Virus record (IMG/VR): IMGVR_UViG_3300022862_000020
Location: 1-31,705 of that record
DNA from: a virus
Taxonomy: Duplodnaviria > Caudoviricetes
Reading direction: 5' to 3' (one strand)
DNA: 31,705 nt
The notes under the pieces are model-generated. The model searched no databases. It was given only the letters and a program-made list of their open reading frames with translations, and was not told where the DNA came from. Every line of letters begins with the position of its first letter. Position 1 is the stretch's first letter. The translations under genes and the position numbers were made by a program. Positions 17,124-25,851 of the stretch are shown here, piece by piece.

Positions 17124-17503
17124 TTTCCCAGGCGGGCCGGCTGGTAGGCGGACTGGTAGGCCTCCAAGACAGCCTGTGGGGCGCCGACGCAAGTCGTCAC
17201 CAGGGCTGTCAGCGACTCATCAGAAAGCTTGTCGTCAAAGGCCCAACCCGCAACGATGTCCTTGAGCTGGCCAACCTGGATCGCGATCTCGGCAACTGTG
17301 GCTTCCTGCCAGGACAAACCATCCTCCTGGACATGCCGCTGATGCTCTTCGCGCGCGGCGTTCCATTTGTCGAAGTGCGCAGCCAGGGCCAGGCGGTCGA
17401 GGTACTTGAATTCGAATTCCACGTCTTCGGGCTTACCGCCCACGCGTGGAATGGCGACCTTCGCCTTGAAGGTCGGGTTCTGGGAGATCTTGATCTTCGC
17501 CAT
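17120..17503 (-). CDS. Tail assembly chaperone G
   Basis: NPTFKAKVAIP, VEFEFKY, C-terminal ARLGN; lies between the tail tube and tape measure genes. Confidence 0.9.
   Translation of the reverse strand: MAKIKISQNPTFKAKVAIPRVGGKPEDVEFEFKYLDRLALAAHFDKWNAAREEHQRHVQEDGLSWQEATVAEIAIQVGQLKDIVAGWAFDDKLSDESLTALVTTCVGAPQAVLEAYQSAYQPARLGN
17123..17129 (-). other. -1 programmed frameshift slippery site G GGA AAC
   Basis: Minus strand CTG GGA AAC TGA contains an X XXY YYZ heptamer; the -1 frame continues KLTGAARILY into the T ORF. Confidence 0.85.
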
Positions 17504-17506
17504 TGA

Positions 17507-18160
17507 TTACACCGCTGCCGAGTAACGGGTAGGACGACCGGCCAGAGACAGGCTGATGACGCGGGTCATCAGGTTGTTTCGGGACAGGGCCGGGGTCGAG
17601 GTGATGGTGACGTAGGCGTTGTAGAGAATGCTGTCGCCGTTGGGCAGGTTCAGGCGCAGCACGCGGGTCACCTTGTCCTCGTCAGCGCCTTCAACCACCG
17701 CCACATACGGCAGAGCCGGGTCATCGGCAACCGTAACCGACATGCTGATCGGGTTCTTGGTGGTCGGAATCTGGCGGTCATCGTCGTCAGCCAGGAAGCC
17801 GAAGGTCAGGAATTGCTGGTCGCCGCCGCTGGTGGTCACGTCCGTGATTTGCGAGATCTCGACGAAACCGGTCACCTCGCGTACCGAGCCAATGCCGGAG
17901 CCGACCGGGTATGGCTGGAGGTTGGTGGTGTTGATGTTTTCCAGTGCGAAAGTTCCGGCTTCGCTGTCGGAAACCCGGGCGGCACGGTCATTCAGGCGCG
18001 TCCAGCCAGAAGTCACGGCGATGATGTCGCCATCAGTCAGGCCGTGTGCCGCAGCAGTCGCTACGGCTGGATTGGCGTTGCTCAGCGCCGTCACCGGGAT
18101 GGCAGCGCCATAGGTAGCAGCAATTTCCAGGGTGGCGCCGTTGGGGAGTCGAAAGCCCAT
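17507..18160 (-). CDS. Major tail tube protein
   Basis: MGFRLPNG, SGWTRLN, SGGDQQF, IPTTKNP motifs; position upstream of the chaperones. Confidence 0.9.
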   Translation of the reverse strand: MGFRLPNGATLEIAATYGAAIPVTALSNANPAVATAAAHGLTDGDIIAVTSGWTRLNDRAARVSDSEAGTFALENINTTNLQPYPVGSGIGSVREVTGFVEISQITDVTTSGGDQQFLTFGFLADDDDRQIPTTKNPISMSVTVADDPALPYVAVVEGADEDKVTRVLRLNLPNGDSILYNAYVTITSTPALSRNNLMTRVISLSLAGRPTRYSAAV

Positions 18161-18187
18161 GTGTTTTTTCCTCTGTGCAGAAATGAC

Positions 18188-18209
18188 AAAACCCGCTCAA
18201 TGGCGGGTT
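18188..18209 (-). terminator. Intrinsic terminator
   Basis: Minus strand AACCCGC-CATTGA-GCGGGTT-TTGTCATTT. Confidence 0.6.
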
Positions 18210-18231
18210 CCGGGGTTGCCCAACGGGCGGA

Positions 18232-18648
18232 TTAAGTTGTGTCGGCTCGGTACTGGAACGAAGCCGATACCGTGAAGGTGCTGCCTTCCGGGATGCCAGG
18301 GCCAGGCGCTACCGGGGTCATCACCAGTGCTACCAGGCCGGCACGCGGGATGCGCAGGTTCACCGGGAACAGCCCCGCCAGCTCATCGACGATGCTGCTC
18401 GCCTCAGTCCGATACCTGCCGGACGGTGCCACGATGTTGACCTGGAACACGCCGACGTACAGGTGGTGGTCGCCGCTCAGCGTATTGCTGGCAGTCACAG
18501 CAGGCAGCGTGAAGGCCCGCAGGTAGGTCTCGCCGTTGGCCGGTGTGTAGGTCTCGTTCTCGACCACCACCTTCAGTGGCTTTGTCCTAACCTTGGCCCA
18601 GGCCAGCAGGCGCGACTCGAAGGCCGCAGCGATGATGTTATGGCTCAT
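18232..18648 (-). CDS. Tail terminator-like protein
   Basis: 138 aa; VENETYTP..YLRAFTLPA, GVFQVNI; canonical position. Confidence 0.8.
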   Translation of the reverse strand: MSHNIIAAAFESRLLAWAKVRTKPLKVVVENETYTPANGETYLRAFTLPAVTASNTLSGDHHLYVGVFQVNIVAPSGRYRTEASSIVDELAGLFPVNLRIPRAGLVALVMTPVAPGPGIPEGSTFTVSASFQYRADTT

Positions 18649-19082
18649 ACCTGGTTGTTCCTAATGGCTTCTTCAACGATCTGCTGGAAGCGGGCAAGGG
18701 TGATTTGCACCATGCCGGCCGGGGCCTTGGCAGAGTGTCCATATTCAAGCGGTATCGCATATTCGAGATTGTTGATGATGTATGCCGCCTGCCCTGCCCG
18801 AAGATCGCTTGCCGAGGCGATCAGTGAAGCGATGGTGTCCTGGCCCGCGGGATCGACCTCATCGAAGGTGACGCTCTCGATATTGTCGATTGACAGGTGC
18901 CAGTTCCCCTTGAATCGCCCGGTGTCCACCGGCGAAAGGCGGATGACCGAAGTGCCAATCTCGATCACTACCTCACGGAACACGTCGTCAATGGCCTCCT
19001 TGGCCTGCTCAGCGAATGCCGCCAGGCTCTCGACAAAGCTGCCTTGCTGTCCGCCATAGCGGCTGGTCATGTGATTTGCCAT
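18645..19082 (-). CDS. HK97 gp10-like tail completion protein
   Basis: SPVDTGRFKGNW, NNLEYAIPLEYGHS, APAGMV. Confidence 0.88.
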   Translation of the reverse strand: MANHMTSRYGGQQGSFVESLAAFAEQAKEAIDDVFREVVIEIGTSVIRLSPVDTGRFKGNWHLSIDNIESVTFDEVDPAGQDTIASLIASASDLRAGQAAYIINNLEYAIPLEYGHSAKAPAGMVQITLARFQQIVEEAIRNNQV

Positions 19083-19468
19083 TACTTACGCACCTGCAGC
19101 TCGAAGCCAACCGCCAGGCCGGCATAGTTCCAGGGGGATACGGCGATGACCGTGTAAGTGGTGCCGTCGAAGGTGATGCCGTCGTTCTCCTGAGGCGTTG
19201 GCATGTCGACGCCGCTGAGCTGAACAGGCGACACCAGCAACTTCACATCGCCCCGGACTATCAGCGTGCCGTCGATGTACTTGTCGTCGTATTCCTCGCG
19301 GAAGCCTGAGCCGTTCAGCACCAGCTCTCCAGGCGGCTGCGGGTTGTCTGGGTCGTATTCGCCCAATATCTCCCGCCGCAACACCAGCTCCAGGCCTTTG
19401 CCGCCCTTGCTGCGCGGCGCGAGCATGCGTGTGGCCATGGCCTTCGCGCGGTCATAGATATCTGGCAT
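19082..19468 (-). CDS. Head closure/stopper-like protein (128 aa)
   Basis: GEYDP, IDGTLIVRGDVKL, LQVRK; start coupled to the upstream stop. Confidence 0.75.
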   Translation of the reverse strand: MPDIYDRAKAMATRMLAPRSKGGKGLELVLRREILGEYDPDNPQPPGELVLNGSGFREEYDDKYIDGTLIVRGDVKLLVSPVQLSGVDMPTPQENDGITFDGTTYTVIAVSPWNYAGLAVGFELQVRK

Positions 19469-20508
19469 CACTTCCGCCTTATTCTGTAGATGGCCGAGCA
19501 TCGGCAGTTGGCACGCTCACTCCAGCCGGCACCCAGGCTGGAATCGCCCGGATACCGTAATAGAGCCCCGTTTGGGCTCTGGAATGGCTGGTCCTTTTGC
19601 ACTTCCTGGCCACCCATCACGGAATGGGTGTGGCGCACCTTCTTGTCGCCGCGGTCGCGCCAGGTCTTGGTGACCGAGTCACGGTCCAGGCCTTGAGCGA
19701 TCAACTGCTCGTAAACCTGGTCGCGGCCAGCACCGAATGACTCCAGCGCCTCGGCCTTCGCCAGCATCTCGGCATAGGTCTTCATCAGGCGATCAGCGTA
19801 GCGACCGGCGATCTTGTCCACGTCCGCCTGGGCGACAGGCTTTCCGGCTGAGATAGCGCGATTCACGATGCCGTCGAATCGGCGATCACGACGGGTGCGC
19901 TGGAGGTACTTGCGCATCTCGTCTGGATTCCCACCCAGCAACTGCTCGCGGGCATTGATCACAAACTGGGCATAGTTTCCAGGCAGCCCCACAACGCCGC
20001 CGGACCGAGAGCCAGTTTGCGCGCTGACCCGTCCCAGCAAATCCAGGGCCGCTTGCCGCGGGCTTCTGGTAAGCGGGGTTGCTCCAACTTCCACCTGCAC
20101 CGTTGGCGTGCCGACCACCTGCCGACGCGCCCCCATGACCGCTCGGATTGCCTCACGGACGTTCAGGTCGGCGTCCCGGCGAATCTCTTCGGTCTTAGCT
20201 GCCAGCCACTGCTCCGGCTCGGGCCTGCGAGCGTCGAACTCAAACCGACCCAAGTCCTTGGGAATCGCGACGGCCTTGATCTCGAATTTTGCCCCGGCCA
20301 GGTAGGCGTTGCGAATAAGCTCCAAAAACGCAGCCATAGCCCCCATAGCGAGCAGCGCGGCCAGGCCGTTTTCGTCTTCTTCCGCAATTAGTCGCTCAAC
20401 CTCGGAGACTGTTGCCGCACCGACCACCAGCTTGACCTGCGCCAGGTACGCCTGCTGCATCGCAGGCTCCATTCCTTCGATGGCCTGGATGATCTGCGCC
20501 GGGGTCAT
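19468..20508 (-). CDS. MuF/SPP1 gp7-like minor head protein
   Basis: C-terminal KTWRDRGDKKVRHTH...PF...LRYPGD...ERANCRC motif. Confidence 0.85.
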   Translation of the reverse strand: MTPAQIIQAIEGMEPAMQQAYLAQVKLVVGAATVSEVERLIAEEDENGLAALLAMGAMAAFLELIRNAYLAGAKFEIKAVAIPKDLGRFEFDARRPEPEQWLAAKTEEIRRDADLNVREAIRAVMGARRQVVGTPTVQVEVGATPLTRSPRQAALDLLGRVSAQTGSRSGGVVGLPGNYAQFVINAREQLLGGNPDEMRKYLQRTRRDRRFDGIVNRAISAGKPVAQADVDKIAGRYADRLMKTYAEMLAKAEALESFGAGRDQVYEQLIAQGLDRDSVTKTWRDRGDKKVRHTHSVMGGQEVQKDQPFQSPNGALLRYPGDSSLGAGWSERANCRCSAIYRIRRK

Positions 20509-21026
20509 ACCACGAACACTGCAGGCAGCGCGTAGCGAGCTACCAGCACAGGGGCAATCATTTCGTCGATGATGCTGATCACCGGACGAACCGAGCCAGC
20601 GGCGTCTGCGCCCACCGAAACGGCGAATTCAGTTTCCAGCGGGCCGACCTTCTCGCGCTTGACCATCGACGCGGACACGAAGTCAGGGCTCAGGCTGCCC
20701 GGCTCGACCAGTTCGCGCAGGGCGGCTTCGTACGTGGCCTGCTCAACCTCGACGGGTACCTGGTCCGCCGGAATGGCATTGCCTTCGTAGTCATAGGCAC
20801 CGGTCCGCGGCCATTCCCTGGCTTGCCCTCTGCCCTCGGTCTTCATCCCGGGGAACAATGACTGCCACACGCCAGAAGCCAACAGCTTCCGGTAGCGGCC
20901 GTCGATGTAGACCGATGCCCGGATCAGCGCGGCCTGCTTCGCCACGTCATCGCCGGTCCACGCGGCATTCGCGCGCGCAACGTGATAGGCGTCGGCAGCT
21001 GCGACGGTTCCGTAAAAGTCTGGCAT
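20505..21026 (-). CDS. Head-tail adaptor (often labelled DnaT-like)
   Basis: YGTVAAADAYH, ALIRASVYID, Q..EWPR, VKREKVGPLETEF. Confidence 0.8.
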   Translation of the reverse strand: MPDFYGTVAAADAYHVARANAAWTGDDVAKQAALIRASVYIDGRYRKLLASGVWQSLFPGMKTEGRGQAREWPRTGAYDYEGNAIPADQVPVEVEQATYEAALRELVEPGSLSPDFVSASMVKREKVGPLETEFAVSVGADAAGSVRPVISIIDEMIAPVLVARYALPAVFVV

Positions 21027-21076
21027 CGGGATATCTCGAATAGGTGGAGCGGCGTGCGCTCCGGGTTTTGCGGGGG

Positions 21077-21460
21077 TTACTGAGCTGCAGCCAGCTTGGC
21101 TTTAAGGTCTTCCAGGCTGTCTTTCTCGCCAAACTCGACACCCTTCGCCGTAAGCTGCGCGATCACATCAGCGTGCTCTTTGGCGGCCAAGGCTTCGTCC
21201 AGCTTTTTCTGAAGGGTTTCGGTCTTGCTGTTGCCAGCAGCATCGATGCCCAGGTCCTTCAGCTTGGCGAACAGCTCGGCGCGCTCGTCGCTGTCACCAG
21301 CCGGCGCCTTGCCTTCCACGCTCAGGAAGGAGAGGCGCGAGACCCCTTTGTGCCCTTCCGGCGTGAGTTCGACGTCCTTGGTTTCGCCTGGCGCGATGAA
21401 CACGACGCCCATGGCGGTGTGAACGCCTTGCAGCGCCTTGGAGTTGTTGGTCACTTTCAT
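21077..21460 (-). CDS. Hypothetical protein with two HeH/LEM-like repeats
   Basis: LFAKLKDLGIDAAGNSKTETLQKKL and VIAQLTAKGVEFGEKDSLEDLKAKL; strong AGGAGG RBS. Confidence 0.65.
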   Translation of the reverse strand: MKVTNNSKALQGVHTAMGVVFIAPGETKDVELTPEGHKGVSRLSFLSVEGKAPAGDSDERAELFAKLKDLGIDAAGNSKTETLQKKLDEALAAKEHADVIAQLTAKGVEFGEKDSLEDLKAKLAAAQ

Positions 21461-21472
21461 GGCGACCTCCTA

Positions 21473-22435
21473 TCAGGCTACTGGTGGGGTGATTTCATCG
21501 AGGTACGCCACGGCGCCCGGCAGACGAATCTCGGTACCGCCAGTGCGGGCAATGATCCCGGTTTCGAAGCCCATGATGGACTTCTGGCGCGGGGCCAGGA
21601 CGCGGCGTGGCATCGGCAGGTGGAAGCGAACCACTTCCGGGTCCTTGCGGTACGCAACCAGGCGACCACCACCGTCAGCGGAAGCGTTGCGGGCCTCGCG
21701 CAGGGGCGCGATGTCCAGCGGCTGGCCGGTCTCAGCGGTGTAGATGTTGTTCTTCCGAACGTACTCCAGCACCGTAATCATGCCGTCACCAACGCCCAAT
21801 CGCGCCGTGGCGATGTAGCGGAAGGCATCAGGCGGCAGGCGCAAGGTATCAGCCCATTCAACTTCGCCGGTGTTGGTTCGGATCGAGCCCAGCACACCGT
21901 TGATGTCGGCCATGATCTGGTCAACAGTCTTGGCGGACCAGAACGTCGAGCTGCCGGTGCCGGTGGCCGCGGCGTCCACTCGGGAAACGTTGGCGTCATT
22001 GAGCAGGCCGGTCCAGCGCTTCTCGGTGCTGCCCACGAAAGCGATGCTGTTCAGCAGGCGCTCGACCTTGTCGGCAGCGGAATCCGCCTTGGTGCCGCTC
22101 AGGTTGATGCCGTACAGCTGGGCCTGGTTCACTTCTTCCAGGTTCCATTCCCAGCCGGAGCCGATCATGGCGAAGTCGTGCGATGCCTGGTCATGGGTCG
22201 CCGAGTTGAACGGCATGTCGGTGCCAGAGCCCGACAGGAACTTCGCTTCGCCGGCGGTATCGACGGTGAAGAAGGTGGTGCCAATGGCCCACGGTGCGCC
22301 CTCGGTCACGACCGGGATGCTTGCCGCGTAGTTGAACGCCGGGTAGCGGCGCGTGTAGATGCGGGTCTCGATGTTCCGGCCCTGCGCCAGAACGAACGGA
22401 AACGCCGACTGCGCGTCTTCGAAAACTTGAGGCAT
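21473..22435 (-). CDS. Major capsid protein (DUF2184-type)
   Basis: 320 aa from MPQVFEDAQ; GLLND, LVAYRKDPEVVRFHLPMP, RTGGTEIRLPGAVAYLD. Confidence 0.88.
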   Translation of the reverse strand: MPQVFEDAQSAFPFVLAQGRNIETRIYTRRYPAFNYAASIPVVTEGAPWAIGTTFFTVDTAGEAKFLSGSGTDMPFNSATHDQASHDFAMIGSGWEWNLEEVNQAQLYGINLSGTKADSAADKVERLLNSIAFVGSTEKRWTGLLNDANVSRVDAAATGTGSSTFWSAKTVDQIMADINGVLGSIRTNTGEVEWADTLRLPPDAFRYIATARLGVGDGMITVLEYVRKNNIYTAETGQPLDIAPLREARNASADGGGRLVAYRKDPEVVRFHLPMPRRVLAPRQKSIMGFETGIIARTGGTEIRLPGAVAYLDEITPPVA

Positions 22436-22436
22436 G

Positions 22437-22916
22437 TTAAGCGCTCCGATGTTTGAGGGAGATTTCGACGATGTCGCCATTCGCACCCGTGGTGTCGAAG
22501 AAGGCGCCTGGGATCAGCACGGCACCTGCGGCGGCGGTCGTCACGTAGCGGTTGGTGGCGGCGACGTAGTACACGTCATCGCCCGGCACTACAGCGGCGC
22601 CGGCGGTGACGTACATCTGGCCGTCGGTCATGAACGCGCCAGTGAAGTCTTGCGGATAGCCATCGACGAGAGTCGAGCCGGGGGCAACTGGCGGCACCGC
22701 GGCGTTCAGCACGGCCAAGCCGAGGAACAAGGTGCCAGTGGCAGCGATCTTGTGGTCGTTGCCAGCACCCGCCACGCGGAATCCTGGAGCGCCGAACGGG
22801 ATGCCTTCAGCGCTCGAGACGGTTCGGCTGATCTTGTTGCACTTCTCTTCGTTGGCAACCAGGCCGGGCACGCCCTTGGCTGGAGCGTTGGTGTACGTGG
22901 TTTGGTAAGTAGCCAT
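22437..22916 (-). CDS. Capsid decoration/cement protein
   Basis: 159 aa between scaffold and capsid genes; GIPFG, MTDGQMYV, GDDVY motifs. Confidence 0.75.
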   Translation of the reverse strand: MATYQTTYTNAPAKGVPGLVANEEKCNKISRTVSSAEGIPFGAPGFRVAGAGNDHKIAATGTLFLGLAVLNAAVPPVAPGSTLVDGYPQDFTGAFMTDGQMYVTAGAAVVPGDDVYYVAATNRYVTTAAAGAVLIPGAFFDTTGANGDIVEISLKHRSA

Positions 22917-22927
22917 TGCTGTGCTCC

Positions 22928-24058
22928 TTATGCCTTCGGCAGGTGGGCGGTTTGCATGTCGGCAATCATCTGCAGACGCGCTTTTTCCGATTCATCGCCG
23001 ACGGTCTTGCCGTCCTGCTGAATCATGTGTTGGCGGAATGGGTCATTGCCGGGCTGCTTGGCGGCATCCTCGACCAGGATCTCAAAGCGTGCGTCGACAT
23101 ATGCATCCGCCTTGCCGGCAACAGCCGCATCACCCAGCTTGGCGATCACGACGGCCTTGCGGATCTCGGCATCGCTTTTGCCGGTGTAGTCGGCATCGGC
23201 GATGGATTTGGCCTTGGTGATCAGGTCAGCGCGGTCTTTCACGCGCTTGTCGATGTCGGCGTCACTGAGCTGCTTGGCCTTGAGGGCGTCGATCTCGGCG
23301 TCTTTCTTCGCCAGTTCGCCATCCTTCAGCGCCAGCGCAGCGGTGTGCGCGTCGGTCAGGGATTTGATGTTTACCCCGGCATCGTCCAGCTGCTTGGTCA
23401 GCTTGTCGATCGCCTGGGCGCCTTGGTCGGTCGTCTGGACGGACAGGCCATCAACGATGACCGTACGCAGTGTGTCAGCCATGTCATGGCCTCCTTTGGG
23501 GGTGTTTGGTTGGTTGTCACCGATGCGAAGCTGCTCGCCGCCCCGAGCGCGATGCTCAAGGCTGAGGTGATTCATTTTCATGGGGCCCAGGTAGCAGTCG
23601 TACTGCTCGCCGTCTGGGGAAACGCCATCCTGAAACACGACTTCGGCGCCGTAGCCCATGGACAGCTCACGCTTGCCGGCCTCGTAGTCCTCGATGGCTT
23701 TGGCATCCATCAGCACCAGGGGCACCTTGACGAACTGCCCGTCGCGCACGACTTCTCCACCGGTCTGGCCGATGGCGACGTCCTTCCAGTTCTTGGAGGT
23801 GACACCATCGCCGCCCGGGTGGCCGTTGGTCATGGGCCGGTATGCGTAGGAGTGCATCGCGTCCTTGTGAAAGACCGCGCTTTCAGGCCGGTACACACGA
23901 ACGATTGGCTTGTCGCGCAGACCGTGTTCATTGTCGGGATCGATCTCGGTGCCCAGGTAATCCTGAATGCCCGTTCGCGCTACCCGTGCTTCAGCTACCA
24001 GGTAGCCGTCCTCGGTGCGCCGTACACCCGTGATCGGCACGGAGTCGGTGAAGATCAT
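22928..24058 (-). CDS. DUF2213 protein (prohead protease-scaffold)
   Basis: RTEDGYLV...ARTGIQDY, VYRPESAVF, PMTNGHP, ELSMGY, NHLSL...RARGG; coiled-coil C-terminal half. Confidence 0.88.
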   Translation of the reverse strand: MIFTDSVPITGVRRTEDGYLVAEARVARTGIQDYLGTEIDPDNEHGLRDKPIVRVYRPESAVFHKDAMHSYAYRPMTNGHPGGDGVTSKNWKDVAIGQTGGEVVRDGQFVKVPLVLMDAKAIEDYEAGKRELSMGYGAEVVFQDGVSPDGEQYDCYLGPMKMNHLSLEHRARGGEQLRIGDNQPNTPKGGHDMADTLRTVIVDGLSVQTTDQGAQAIDKLTKQLDDAGVNIKSLTDAHTAALALKDGELAKKDAEIDALKAKQLSDADIDKRVKDRADLITKAKSIADADYTGKSDAEIRKAVVIAKLGDAAVAGKADAYVDARFEILVEDAAKQPGNDPFRQHMIQQDGKTVGDESEKARLQMIADMQTAHLPKA

Positions 24059-25851
24059 GGGGCTAGCTCCTCGAAGATCTCAGGGCCCAGCTCAATCGCG
24101 CCACGGTATGGCTCGACCTTGTCGATATCGACGCTGCCGGGATCGTAGGTGAAAGTGATGTGAGGCTGATAATCCGGCCAGTCCCACGAGGCGCCTGCCT
24201 CGACGATGGAAACGTGCCGCCATGACAGCTCGGAGCTGTTGAACAGCAGCACCACAGCGCCTTCACCGAACTTGTCGATCAGCCTTGCACCACCCGGTGC
24301 AATCTTGAGCTGCCCCTTGCCATCGCCCGACCATGACTCGCCGACCTTCATCCAATCAACCGGGTTGCGGCTGTAGGCGACGGTGACGTGTAGGTCAGCA
24401 GCAGGGACAGTTGATTCAAAGCCCTGCGACTTGGCCCACTCGATTATCTCGGCACCGTTGGCGACCTTCCTCGACACGTACAGGGTGCGCGGCGCGGCAT
24501 CGGTGACCAGTTTTTTCGGTGCTGGCGCGGATGCTGCTGATTCGGGCAAGTCCTCACCCTCCTCGCCATCGGGCATCTCGTTGCCGTACTTCTCGATGGC
24601 CGCTTCCAGGCCAGGCATGACGCTCAGCTCCACCAGCAGGTTAACTGCGGTAGCCGACAGGGCCTCTTCAGGGAACAGACCCGAATCCTTGAGAGCCTTG
24701 ATGGTGTCTGCCGTGGTCTTGCCGATGTCGGCCCTTTCCTTCGCCGTGGCCTGCCACAGTGGCGCCCAGACGTAGTGGACTTCCTTCGGCCGACTGCCCA
24801 GGGAGGATCGGATCAGGCACTCGTCCAACAGGCTCATGGCCGGCTTGATCTCAAGCTTCTGGCGTGAGGCGACGTTGTCGTAGTAGTTGCGGGTGTTCTC
24901 TTCGCCGTTGGCGCCCAGGCCCGTGGAGGACTGGCCGAACATGCGCGTGCCGGGGATATCGAACGCCCCCGCCACGCCCTGCTCAGTCTTGGCGATTACC
25001 TCGGGTAGCGTGCTGAAACTGGCCGACTTGGAACTGTGTGTCTCCAGGCCATCGAGGATCAGCGTCCCGTTGATGCCTTTGGCGGTTGCTGCCAGGCGCA
25101 GGCGCTCCAGCAACTGCCGCTCATAGTTCTTGTCCTGCATGCTGGACATGAGGTTGGGGATGTTGATCACATCGATCTTGGCCTCATAGACCAGGCTCAC
25201 TACGTTGGCGACTGTCTCGTCGTAGTGACGTACCGCGGGCATGGCAGCCAGCAGCACCGAGTCACCCCAGCCGAAACCGCAACCCAGCGCCAGCTCAGGG
25301 TCTGGATGCGGCGCGCCAATGAAGATGACCAGGCGGGACGGATGAATCTCGACCTCGCTGCCAGGGAGGCGGTAGGCCTTGGGCTTGCCGAAGCGTTCGC
25401 TTTGGGGGTCCTGCTCGATCTCGGTTGGGCTCAGTTGGCGCCGAGTCATGACGGTCAGGTACTTGATTCCACCCTTCCCCACGCGATCAGGCTTTAGCAC
25501 TGAGGCCGTGTCGCGCTCACCGGTGCCGATGAACACAGCCGCGCCACCGAACAGGCGGGCCTTCAATAGAGCCTCCAGAGTCTTGCCCTTGACGTTCAGG
25601 CGCTCCTCTTCCGCTTCGATCAGCTCGATCTGGGCTTTGTCAGCTTGCCAGTTGCGCCAGTTGCGGCAGGCGTCCACCGCCGGGATGGTCACGCCCTTCT
25701 GGGCCGTCCAGGAGCCACGGAAGGCGTTCAGCAGCTGCTGGTCGTCCATTTCTGGGGGCGCATAGTGCGAGTGTGAAGCCTTGTCGCGCGCAGTACCCAG
25801 TCCTGCGACCAGGTTCTGCAGGCTGTCTTTCAGGTAAGTGAATGCGCTCAT
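24055..25851 (-). CDS. Portal protein (DUF1073-type) fused to a C-terminal Acb1-like 2H phosphoesterase
   Basis: Portal motifs ARLFGGA, IHPSR, GWGDSVL, GAFDIPGTRMFGQS.TGL, NYYD, PLWQ; acidic/Pro linker; then about 146 aa with LHVTVAYSR and YQPHITFTY. Confidence 0.9.
   Translation of the reverse strand: MSAFTYLKDSLQNLVAGLGTARDKASHSHYAPPEMDDQQLLNAFRGSWTAQKGVTIPAVDACRNWRNWQADKAQIELIEAEEERLNVKGKTLEALLKARLFGGAAVFIGTGERDTASVLKPDRVGKGGIKYLTVMTRRQLSPTEIEQDPQSERFGKPKAYRLPGSEVEIHPSRLVIFIGAPHPDPELALGCGFGWGDSVLLAAMPAVRHYDETVANVVSLVYEAKIDVINIPNLMSSMQDKNYERQLLERLRLAATAKGINGTLILDGLETHSSKSASFSTLPEVIAKTEQGVAGAFDIPGTRMFGQSSTGLGANGEENTRNYYDNVASRQKLEIKPAMSLLDECLIRSSLGSRPKEVHYVWAPLWQATAKERADIGKTTADTIKALKDSGLFPEEALSATAVNLLVELSVMPGLEAAIEKYGNEMPDGEEGEDLPESAASAPAPKKLVTDAAPRTLYVSRKVANGAEIIEWAKSQGFESTVPAADLHVTVAYSRNPVDWMKVGESWSGDGKGQLKIAPGGARLIDKFGEGAVVLLFNSSELSWRHVSIVEAGASWDWPDYQPHITFTYDPGSVDIDKVEPYRGAIELGPEIFEELAP

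Noticed and set aside
21044-24148. 470-aa and 410-aa + strand ORFs
   Set aside because: Antisense shadows of the capsid and DUF2213 genes.
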